This document shows, piece after piece, positions 42,760 through 51,359 of a DNA stretch of 64,000 nucleotides. The position numbers were made by a program, and so were the translations under genes. The notes beneath the pieces were generated by a model that saw only the letters and a list, made by a program, of their open reading frames with translations, was not told the origin of the DNA and ran no database searches. Origin of the DNA: an uncultured Verrucomicrobiae bacterium (lineage in GTDB: Bacteria > Verrucomicrobiota > Verrucomicrobiia > Limisphaerales > Palsa-1400); NCBI GenBank assembly GCA_963707025.1, contig CAVPOM010000005.1, forward strand, positions 576,001 through 640,000, given 5' to 3'. The first letter of the stretch is position 1. Each line of letters starts with the position of its first letter.

Positions 42760-45700
42760 ATGCGCTGCGTCGTTGTTGCACCGGTCAATCGCGGATTTTG
42801 TGTCCTTGCCGCGTTACTGACGTGTGGATTGTGCGCCGCAGTGGCAGCAGCGGAGAAGCCCGCCAGCCCGGCGCAAGCGGAATTGCTCACCAACTTATTC
42901 CAGCTCCGGCGTTGTGCCCATCAAGAGCAAGCAGTTGTCCATCCCTTCCGAATCGCGGCGGATGTCTGCGACGTCGATTCTGCAGGCGGTGTGTTAGTCC
43001 TCCGCGATCTTTCCGGCGTGGAGTTCATTCGGTTGGATCTCCAAGGCCGCGCCATTGAAGCGGGAGCAACTGTGTGTCTGGAAGGAAAAGGATGCGGTTT
43101 GAAGCCGAAGAGCTTCGGACTGGCCGTTGTTCCCGGAATGGTTGTGGATAACGACGGTCTCCATAGAATGACAGTTGAATCCGGCGCGGCCTTTCTCCGT
43201 GCCGGCGTCAACCCGATTACGGTTCAGTGGTTCAACCACACCGGAGACTTTGGCTTGAGCGTGGAATATGAAGGACCGGGCTTGCCACAGCAACGAATAC
43301 AAGGCGCCGTTCTGTCAAGAGCGAACACTAATCCCGCGACAAGCACCGCCAATTTTTCCGCCGGACTCGATTATCGGTGTTACCAAGGCGCCTGGGGTAA
43401 CCTGCCGGATTTCGGGATGCTCCATCCGGTAAAGACCGGAGTTGCTACCAACTTCGATCTCGATGTTCGAACACGGAACGAAGCTGTGGGGCTGGAATTC
43501 AACGGCTTTATCACCATTCCACGCGATGGCTTATACACATTCCATCTCGCGTCTGACGACGGAAGCCGACTATTTGTCGGCGAGTCGTCCTTGGACGTTC
43601 GCGTCTTGAGCCAAGGCTCTCCGCCGACTGCGATTGAGGAATTACCTGCAACCGATGTCCAGAGGAAAAGCCGTCCCTGGGTTACCCTTGAAGGGACGGT
43701 TGACTTCGTCGGCGTCCGGGGCGCCGGTGGGGAACTTCAGATTCGAGTCGGAAACGATGAAATCCGGGTGGATATTTTCGAGAGCGGCGATTTCGTTCCC
43801 AACTTCCCGTCGGGCACCAAAGTTCGGGTTACCGGAGTTTATCAGGATATCGTCACAGAGGATGGCTCATGGGTCCCGGGGTTATTGCTGGTTTCGAGTT
43901 GGAAAGATGTCCGTCCTGCCCTCGCTTCCTCTGAACGGCGTTCAGCAAAGGCGATCGGTGATCGAGCGACATTGAACCCATCGGCATTTGATACGGATTC
44001 GGCGCCAAATGGGATCCCGGCAATCCGGACCATAGCGGAAATCAAGATGCTTCCCTCCGACCTGGCCAAGCAGCAGCTTCCCGTATCGATCCGCGGAGTT
44101 GTAACTGCTTTTCTCTTCCAGGGTGCAGTCGTCCAGGATTCCACAAGGGGCATTTATGTTTATCTGCAGGATTTGGATAAGTCCGAACCGCTGAAGTGTG
44201 GGGAATTCTACCAGATCGACGGAGTTACGGGCCCGGGTATGTTCGCGCCGGTGATTGTTGCCCGCAGGATAAGTCACCTCGGGTCCGGTCAATGGCCGCA
44301 GCCGCTGCACGCGACGTGGGCTCAGCTTGTGAACGGAAGCCTGGATACCCAATACGTAGAAATTGATGGCGTTGTCACTGCCGTCAAGGATCAGAGCGTG
44401 TTGCTGTTCACCGAGGGCGGGAAGATTACGCTGGATCTGAGTGACTTTCGGACTGGAGTCCTCGGCGGCTACGTGAACGCACTTATTCGGATTCGCGGCT
44501 GTATTCTTGCTGCATTCAATGAGCAAACGCGCGAGCTTGAACCGCGATTGCTTCGTATCGTGGATGGCGCCGTGGATGTCATTCAGCCAGCGCCCCATGA
44601 TCTTTTTGACGTGCCGCAAAAGAGCATCGGTGCGCTTCTGCTCTACGATCCGAAAGCGGCGTCGTTCAGGCTCCTGAAAGTGAGCGGCCAAATTATCTAT
44701 GGTCGGGCAGGAGAGTATTTCCTGACCGACGGCACAAATGGCATGCATGTGACAACCAGCAATTCTGATCATTTTGCAATCGGCGAACTGGTGGACGCGG
44801 TCGGTTTTCTCGATCTCGGAGGTCCTGCTGCCGGACTCAAGGAGGCGGTGCTGCGTAAGACCGGCCTCGCTCCCTTGCCCGCGCCAACAAAGCTCAATCC
44901 GAATCACCTGCTGGCGGCCAACTGCGCCGACACGCTGGTCCAGCTGGACGCTACGCTGATGAATGAATGGGTGGATGGCTCCGAACACGTCCTGGAGCTC
45001 CAGTCAGGGTTTCTTGCGTTCAGGGCGCGGATCAACAGCCGTGGGCAATCCACCGCGTTGCCACCGCCCGGGAGCCGACTGGAATTGACCGGCGTCTATG
45101 TGCCTAAAGGTAATCGTCCAAGCGACGGTGATGTAACCGGCTTTGAGTTGCTGCTTTACTCGCCGTCGGGCGTTCGCGTTCTGGCAACTCCTCCTTGGTG
45201 GACTTTGAAGCGCGTGCTCATCCTTGCAGTAATCCTTGCCGCGCTGCTCTGCGCTGTTGTGGTTTGGAACAAAGAACTGAAGCGGAAGGTTCAAGAACGC
45301 GGCCGCCAATTGGAAACCGAAATTCGCAGTCGCCAAGGGGCCGAATTGCGGCACGCCGCCGAAGAGGAACGCTCGCGAATTGCGCGCGACCTGCATGACG
45401 AACTTGGAACGGGTCTCACTGAAGTAAGCTTGCTGGCCAGCGCCGGACTGGGTGAATTCCGGGACATGGAGAAGAATGACGACCGCTTCCACGTCATTGC
45501 AGAGAAAGCCCGCGCTCTTGTGTCGGGGCTTGACGTTATTGTTTGGGCGATTGATCCAAAACGTAATTCACTGCAATCCTTTGCCGACTACCTGGGGAGC
45601 TATGCCGAGGAGCTTCTATCCGCATCGAATATCGTTTGCCGGCTTAGGATTCCAATCGAGTGCGACCCGGTCAATCTGACCGGAACCGCGCGGCACAGCC

Positions 45701-45975
45701 TGTTCCTTGCCATCAAAGAAGCTTTGAACAATGTCATCCGCCACGCGTCCGCAACGCAAGTGGAGCTGCAGATGACGCAATTCGAAAATCGCCTCGAAAT
45801 CGTCATCGCCGACAATGGCCGCGGCTTCGATTGGAACGCCATTCGGCCTGGTAATGGTCTGACGAATATTCGTGAGCGCTTGGAAGCGTTGTGCGGCCAG
45901 TGCCAGATCGAATCACAACCCGGAAAAGGGACCACAGTCAAATGCGCTGTGCCCTTGCCCCACGATCCAAGGTAG
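42760..45975 (+). CDS. Sensor histidine kinase (HisKA_3 + HATPase) with large extracytoplasmic region including permuted PA14
   Basis: N-terminal hydrophobic segment; SDDGSRL; PWWT + TM; ERSRIARDLHDELG; EALNNVIRHA; DNGRGF..GNGL. Confidence 0.92.
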   Translation: MRCVVVAPVNRGFCVLAALLTCGLCAAVAAAEKPASPAQAELLTNLFQLRRCAHQEQAVVHPFRIAADVCDVDSAGGVLVLRDLSGVEFIRLDLQGRAIEAGATVCLEGKGCGLKPKSFGLAVVPGMVVDNDGLHRMTVESGAAFLRAGVNPITVQWFNHTGDFGLSVEYEGPGLPQQRIQGAVLSRANTNPATSTANFSAGLDYRCYQGAWGNLPDFGMLHPVKTGVATNFDLDVRTRNEAVGLEFNGFITIPRDGLYTFHLASDDGSRLFVGESSLDVRVLSQGSPPTAIEELPATDVQRKSRPWVTLEGTVDFVGVRGAGGELQIRVGNDEIRVDIFESGDFVPNFPSGTKVRVTGVYQDIVTEDGSWVPGLLLVSSWKDVRPALASSERRSAKAIGDRATLNPSAFDTDSAPNGIPAIRTIAEIKMLPSDLAKQQLPVSIRGVVTAFLFQGAVVQDSTRGIYVYLQDLDKSEPLKCGEFYQIDGVTGPGMFAPVIVARRISHLGSGQWPQPLHATWAQLVNGSLDTQYVEIDGVVTAVKDQSVLLFTEGGKITLDLSDFRTGVLGGYVNALIRIRGCILAAFNEQTRELEPRLLRIVDGAVDVIQPAPHDLFDVPQKSIGALLLYDPKAASFRLLKVSGQIIYGRAGEYFLTDGTNGMHVTTSNSDHFAIGELVDAVGFLDLGGPAAGLKEAVLRKTGLAPLPAPTKLNPNHLLAANCADTLVQLDATLMNEWVDGSEHVLELQSGFLAFRARINSRGQSTALPPPGSRLELTGVYVPKGNRPSDGDVTGFELLLYSPSGVRVLATPPWWTLKRVLILAVILAALLCAVVVWNKELKRKVQERGRQLETEIRSRQGAELRHAAEEERSRIARDLHDELGTGLTEVSLLASAGLGEFRDMEKNDDRFHVIAEKARALVSGLDVIVWAIDPKRNSLQSFADYLGSYAEELLSASNIVCRLRIPIECDPVNLTGTARHSLFLAIKEALNNVIRHASATQVELQMTQFENRLEIVIADNGRGFDWNAIRPGNGLTNIRERLEALCGQCQIESQPGKGTTVKCAVPLPHDPR

Positions 45976-46006
45976 GTTGCGAATCTGAGAAATCTCACGA
46001 CATCAC

Positions 46007-46630
46007 ATGACCACAGTTGCCATTATCGAAGACAACGATACGATGCGCAAAATGCTCGTAGAGCTGATTAACAGCGAGGCGGATTACCGTTGCGTCTGCG
46101 CGTGCTCGACTTCCAAAGAGGCTCTCATTGAGGTGCCGAAACACCAGCCCAATGTTGCGTTGATGGACATTCACCTGCCGGACGAGTCCGGAATAGCCTG
46201 CACGGCGGAATTAACCGAGAAGATGCCCGAGCTTCAGGTCATCATGGTGACCGTTTACAAAGAGACCGACCTCATCTTTCAAGCGCTCAAAGCCGGCGCC
46301 TGCGGGTATATCCTCAAACGTTTCCGCCCGGGGGAAATCATCCAAGCCATCGCCGAAGTGCGGGCAGGCGGCGCGCCCATGACGAGCGAGATCGCGCGCA
46401 TGATCGTGCGGTCTTTTCGCGCGCCGTCGGCTGCACCCGACCCAAACGGTTTGACGGCCCGCGAAGCGGAGATCCTCATGCTGCTCGCGGAAGGACTCTC
46501 GAACAAAGAGATTGCGCAAAGAGCGAATATCAGTGCCGGGACCGTTCGCATCCATTTAGGAAACATGTTCAAGAAGCTTCACGTTCGCAGCCGAACCGAA
46601 GCAGCCGTCAAATACTCGCGCAAGAATTAG
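46007..46630 (+). CDS. NarL/LuxR-family response regulator
   Basis: IIED, LMDIHLP, GACGYILK; LTAREAEIL..GLSNKEIA HTH. Confidence 0.95.
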   Translation: MTTVAIIEDNDTMRKMLVELINSEADYRCVCACSTSKEALIEVPKHQPNVALMDIHLPDESGIACTAELTEKMPELQVIMVTVYKETDLIFQALKAGACGYILKRFRPGEIIQAIAEVRAGGAPMTSEIARMIVRSFRAPSAAPDPNGLTAREAEILMLLAEGLSNKEIAQRANISAGTVRIHLGNMFKKLHVRSRTEAAVKYSRKN

Positions 46631-46692
46631 CACGGAGCCGCCGGCGCTCCAAACAAGACCATCGGCGCTGCCAACGGGGTAACCGGGTCGAA

Positions 46693-46722
46693 TATGACAT
46701 GTGTCATACGCCATATGTCGGA
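46693..46722. promoter_or_regulatory. Tandem 7-2-7-type palindromes upstream of the LamG/Ig gene
   Basis: TATGACA-TG-TGTCATA (46693-46708) overlapping TACGCC-ATAT-GTCGGA (46707-46722). Confidence 0.6.
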
Positions 46723-46859
46723 TTTCATTTGCTCCCGATTCCCGCTAGTCTCTGCCTGAAATCCAACTTGTTAGGTAAGGCTTCGTGAGTACCTATGGCC
46801 GTGCTTGCGCGACGAAACTGATGCCCTTGAGTTGGAAAAAAGTACTGAACATTAAGCTT

Positions 46860-49800
46860 ATGAATCCAAACAACCCAAGACTTGCTCCATCCTCCCGAAA
46901 CTCACAGGCACGGTTCCGTTTGCTTCCCTTCACGGCCAGCCGAGTCGGCAAGCTTGCCGCCTGCCTCATACTGGGCGTCGCGGCGCTCTCGCAATCGGCC
47001 CGCTCTCAGCCGCCCAGTTACGCGGCATCGGCCTTGTCCAATAAGCCGGTTGCTTTTTGGCAGTTGAATGAAGCCAACGGAGCTACGCAGGCTAAGGATT
47101 CCAGCCCCAACGGACTCAATGGGACCTATGGAGTGGATGCTGTACTGGGCGTCTTTTTTGCGCCCTATACTCCTTACCTTGGATTTGCAATCAACCAAAC
47201 TGCGCTGCTATGTACGGCCGGCGATTTAACTTCGGTGGCCACAATTCCGCCTTTGAATTTGAACACCAACGCCGTGACCATCGCCATGTGGATCAATCCC
47301 ACTGCCGAGGTAAGCACCGGCTTTACGGGATTGCTCATGACCCGAACCTCCGGAGGCGACGCGGCTGGCTTTGGGTTTGGGGGAAGCTCGAACAGCCTCG
47401 GCATGGTCGAACTGGGTTACACTTGGAACACGAACAACGCCGCGACGTACAACTTCAATTCGGGGCTTTATCCGCTGGTCGCCCAATGGCAGTTTGTGGC
47501 CTTGGTGGTCCAATCAAATTCGGCGACCATCTATCTGTATTACGTTGATTACTCCGGGAATACGCAATTGCAGTCGGCCGTCAATCCCATTGCGCACGGC
47601 CCCGAAGCGTTCAGTTTCAGCGACGGAGTGAACGGATTGATTTTGCTGGGCTCCGATGTGAACGGGACTACCGTCGCTGCGGCCAACAACGTGTTCCCCG
47701 GTGAAATTTCCGATGCGGCCGTGTATAAATCGGCCCTCTCTTCCGACCAGATTCTGGCCTTGTTCGCCGCGGGCGTCGGCGTGGAGGGATTTGCGCCAGA
47801 GATAACCGGGCAGCCCCAATCCGAATACGTCGTGTCGGGCGCACCGGCACACCTGACGGCCACTGGCATCAACGGCACCACCAACATTTCGTTTCAGTGG
47901 CAGTTGAACGGCACCAATGTCAATGCCCTGGCGGACAGCGCCAATTTCACCGGCGCCACAAGTTCGAACGTATTGACTATTCTCAGTGCAACGCTGGCCG
48001 ATGCGGGTACTTATCAGTTGATTCTCACGAACACTTATGGCACGAACTACAGCAGCAATGCGGTTCTTGTCATTCAGGCTCCGGCCTTGGTGGGTGAATG
48101 GCTTACCAATGGCATTTTGGCCGATGTTTCGGGCTATTCGCCGGCCGGCACCCACGACGGTTACGACATCGTTGGCAATGGCGCCTTTTTGTTCACCAAT
48201 GATGTGCCGGTCGGCAAGGCCGGTCAATCGATTTGGTTCACCAATCTTACCGGCATCGCCATCAGTAACTCGTCCACATTGGACGGGACGACCTACACCA
48301 ACACTTTCGATAACGTCATCAACAACGCTTTCACCGTCTCATGCTGGGGGAAGGGTTTGCCGGGAAGTTGGAATCCGTTTGTGTCCAAGTGGGGTGAAGG
48401 CAGGCCCTACAGTTCGCCCGACGGCGGCTTTCAGCTCCGCACGGACGGTAATGGCAATGATTCGTGCTTCACCGTTCGCTGCGAACAAAGGGGCACGCTC
48501 CTCTTTGGGAACGCGGCCGACGCTATTGATGACATGGCCACCACAACCGTTCCCACCGCGGATGGCAAATGGCACTTCTATGCCGGCACTTACGACGCCG
48601 GGACGGGCATCCGCAGCCTGTGGGTGGACGCGATCCTGGCCGCCCAGGAGAGCAACAACGTGCTTTATGACCTGGCCCCGTATTCACACCTTTGCATCGG
48701 CGCCAAAGACAGCTCTCCGGGCAACACCTTTGGCCAGTACACCAGCAACCTGCTGGTTTACGACGTGCGCATCTATAACTACGCGCTCGCCCAATCCAAT
48801 GTTCTGAAATTGTATGGCGCAGTTCCGGCAGTGATCAACGGGCAGCCGCCTTCCGCTTACCCCTTCGCGGGCCAATCGGCAACGATAGGAGCCGTTGTCG
48901 GCGGCACCCAACCCATTACGTATCAGTGGACGTTGAACGGCACCCCTGTCAACCTCCTGCCTGACGCCGCCAATTTCACCGGCGCCACAAATTCGAACGT
49001 ATTGACGATTGCCAGTGCGTCGGCGGCCGACCAGGGTGTGTATGTGTTGGCTATCACGAACGCCTTCGGATGGGCAATCAGCAGCAATGCGGTCCTGACA
49101 CTTTCCGTTCCGAGCCTGGTGGGTGAATGGTTTAACGGACCAGCCATCCTGAACGATGTTTCGGGCTATTCGCCCACGAACACACACGACGGTTTCGCCA
49201 CCGGCGCTCAGAGCTATGCGTTCACAACTGATGTGCCGGCCTACAGATCCGGAAACTCGCTTAGTTTCGGAGCCTCCAGTGCATCGGGCATCTCCATCAG
49301 TAACTCATCCACAGGTTACCCGGGCTACACCAACACGTTCGATAACCAGGTGTACACCTATCTCACCGTCTCGATGTGGGTGAAAGGCACTTTCGCCGCG
49401 TATTCCTCCGCCGGCTGGCCGGCCTTCGCAGTCAAGAATGGTGAAAGTGGCGGATGGCAGCTGCGCGGTGACCAATGGGCCGCGCCCGGTTGGACCGTTC
49501 GAGACAATAACGCGGGCACGATGTTCAATGGCCAAAACGGGGGGTGGGACGGTAACGACGATATGTCCGCGAATGCTGGTTTTGATGGCAAATGGCATCT
49601 CTATACCGGCACATACAACTCCCTATCGGGCTATCGCGCCCTGTATATTGATGGCCAACCTACTGTTTACGAGACCGGCAACAAGCCATATATCACGGCC
49701 ACGGCTTCACACGTCACTATCAACGGCGAAGACTCTGGCAATGGCAATTATAATTTCACCACGCCCGCGTTTGAATACTACGACCTGCGCATCTATAACT

Positions 49801-51050
49801 ACGAACTCAGTGCTGCCCAGGCTTCGGATCTCTACAACATTCTGCCCCCTGGCACTCCGGCACAAATAGGCATCCAGCCGCCAGCCAGCATCAGCACCAC
49901 TTGTCAGGGTGTAACTGTTCAGATCCGTGCCGCTAGTGGTGGCAGCCCACCGGTTACCAATCAGTGGCAGTTCAACGGCACCAACTTGGTGGACGGCAAC
50001 TATGGCGGCGTCATTATTAGCGGCTCAAGTTCGAACGTCCTGACGATCGCCGATGTGACGACGAACTACCAGGGTGTATATGACTTGGTTGCCACGAACG
50101 CGTTTGGCGGGCAAGTCAGCAGCAATGCGACTCTCACCATTGGTGTTTTGCCCACTGCGCCCGCACCGCCGGGGACACTCGTGGGTGCATGGCTTACCGG
50201 AGCAGCGACTCTGGCCGACACTTCGCGCTATTCGCCGGCGGGGACACACGACGCTTGGCAAACGGCCGGCAGCACCTCTTGGACCAATGACCTGCCGCCC
50301 ATGGCCACGCCGGGCGGTTCCTCGCTGTATTTCACCAACGCCGGTCTGGCGATTAGCAATTCCTCCACGCTGGATCCCGGCTACACCAGCACGTTCGATG
50401 CCGCCATCACCAACAGTATGACCGTCATGTGCTGGGCGAAGGGTTGGCCGGGCACATGGAATCCGTGGGTGTCCAAGTATGGTGAAAACGGTGCGGGCTG
50501 GCAGCTCCGCGTCAATGCTTCGGACACTGCGTGTTGGACCATTCGCGGCACGGGTGGCAATGAGGATATGGGAGCGCCCAATAGCAGCGATGACGGCGGT
50601 TGGCACAGCTATGTCGGCACTTACGACGTGCCGTCGGGTATCCGCAGCCTCTATATAGACGGAGTGCTGGCCGTTACGCAGACCGGCCAGGGACCATATA
50701 ACGAGTCCACTCCCTCGCAGCTTATGATTGGCGCCAAAGACAGCGGTGGCAACAAGTTTGGCAACTACTACACCGGCGAAATCTACGGCGTGTACATTTA
50801 CGACACCGCACTCAGCGCAGCCCAAGTTAACGGCGTCTTAATAACGCCGCCGCCGCCACTGCCGTCGTTTAATGGCCTGCCAGGCATCACAACAGGCCCC
50901 AGTGGCCCTGAATTCGTGCTGACGTGGGTAGGCGGCAGGTTGCTCGGAGCGACGAACGTGACTGGCCCGTGGACGCCAACCGGGGCAACATCGCCTTACA
51001 CGAACTTCATGACAAATACGCACATGTTCTTCCAATTGGTTAATCCGTAA
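46860..51050 (+). CDS. Large secreted protein, 4 LamG-like jelly-roll domains alternating with 3 Ig-like domains, FFQL-type C-terminus
   Basis: Signal peptide; repeats of QWQxNGTN..SNVLTI..D.G.Y.L..TN and LVGEW..DVSGYSP.GTHD..DGKWH.Y.GTY..RIYNY.L. Confidence 0.88.
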   Translation: MNPNNPRLAPSSRNSQARFRLLPFTASRVGKLAACLILGVAALSQSARSQPPSYAASALSNKPVAFWQLNEANGATQAKDSSPNGLNGTYGVDAVLGVFFAPYTPYLGFAINQTALLCTAGDLTSVATIPPLNLNTNAVTIAMWINPTAEVSTGFTGLLMTRTSGGDAAGFGFGGSSNSLGMVELGYTWNTNNAATYNFNSGLYPLVAQWQFVALVVQSNSATIYLYYVDYSGNTQLQSAVNPIAHGPEAFSFSDGVNGLILLGSDVNGTTVAAANNVFPGEISDAAVYKSALSSDQILALFAAGVGVEGFAPEITGQPQSEYVVSGAPAHLTATGINGTTNISFQWQLNGTNVNALADSANFTGATSSNVLTILSATLADAGTYQLILTNTYGTNYSSNAVLVIQAPALVGEWLTNGILADVSGYSPAGTHDGYDIVGNGAFLFTNDVPVGKAGQSIWFTNLTGIAISNSSTLDGTTYTNTFDNVINNAFTVSCWGKGLPGSWNPFVSKWGEGRPYSSPDGGFQLRTDGNGNDSCFTVRCEQRGTLLFGNAADAIDDMATTTVPTADGKWHFYAGTYDAGTGIRSLWVDAILAAQESNNVLYDLAPYSHLCIGAKDSSPGNTFGQYTSNLLVYDVRIYNYALAQSNVLKLYGAVPAVINGQPPSAYPFAGQSATIGAVVGGTQPITYQWTLNGTPVNLLPDAANFTGATNSNVLTIASASAADQGVYVLAITNAFGWAISSNAVLTLSVPSLVGEWFNGPAILNDVSGYSPTNTHDGFATGAQSYAFTTDVPAYRSGNSLSFGASSASGISISNSSTGYPGYTNTFDNQVYTYLTVSMWVKGTFAAYSSAGWPAFAVKNGESGGWQLRGDQWAAPGWTVRDNNAGTMFNGQNGGWDGNDDMSANAGFDGKWHLYTGTYNSLSGYRALYIDGQPTVYETGNKPYITATASHVTINGEDSGNGNYNFTTPAFEYYDLRIYNYELSAAQASDLYNILPPGTPAQIGIQPPASISTTCQGVTVQIRAASGGSPPVTNQWQFNGTNLVDGNYGGVIISGSSSNVLTIADVTTNYQGVYDLVATNAFGGQVSSNATLTIGVLPTAPAPPGTLVGAWLTGAATLADTSRYSPAGTHDAWQTAGSTSWTNDLPPMATPGGSSLYFTNAGLAISNSSTLDPGYTSTFDAAITNSMTVMCWAKGWPGTWNPWVSKYGENGAGWQLRVNASDTACWTIRGTGGNEDMGAPNSSDDGGWHSYVGTYDVPSGIRSLYIDGVLAVTQTGQGPYNESTPSQLMIGAKDSGGNKFGNYYTGEIYGVYIYDTALSAAQVNGVLITPPPPLPSFNGLPGITTGPSGPEFVLTWVGGRLLGATNVTGPWTPTGATSPYTNFMTNTHMFFQLVNP

Positions 51051-51081
51051 GGCAGACGCTTGTAATTGAGATCTAAATCAC

Positions 51082-51117
51082 AGAGGCAGAGGTTTTCACC
51101 TCTGCCTCTTCTTTTTT
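51082..51117 (+). terminator. Intrinsic terminator
   Basis: 12-bp stem AGAGGCAGAGGT/ACCTCTGCCTCT, TTTC loop, then TCTTTTTT. Confidence 0.88.
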
Positions 51118-51359
51118 GTCACCCTTCGGTGGTCATGGCGGTTTTTGGAATGACTTCTTGAATTGAAAACGGCCTGGTTTCCAGCCTGCAAGAAACCGCG
51201 ATGCGCCCCGTCTTCTGCGCGGGACAAAATAATCCTCGACCGAATCCCGCCTCGCCATTATCATACCCGCATCAATGTGGACCGTTTTCCGAGAGTGTTT
51301 CCGGTTCTGCGCGCGTGAGAAGAAATGGTGGTTGCACTTGACAGCATGTTTTGAACGTT

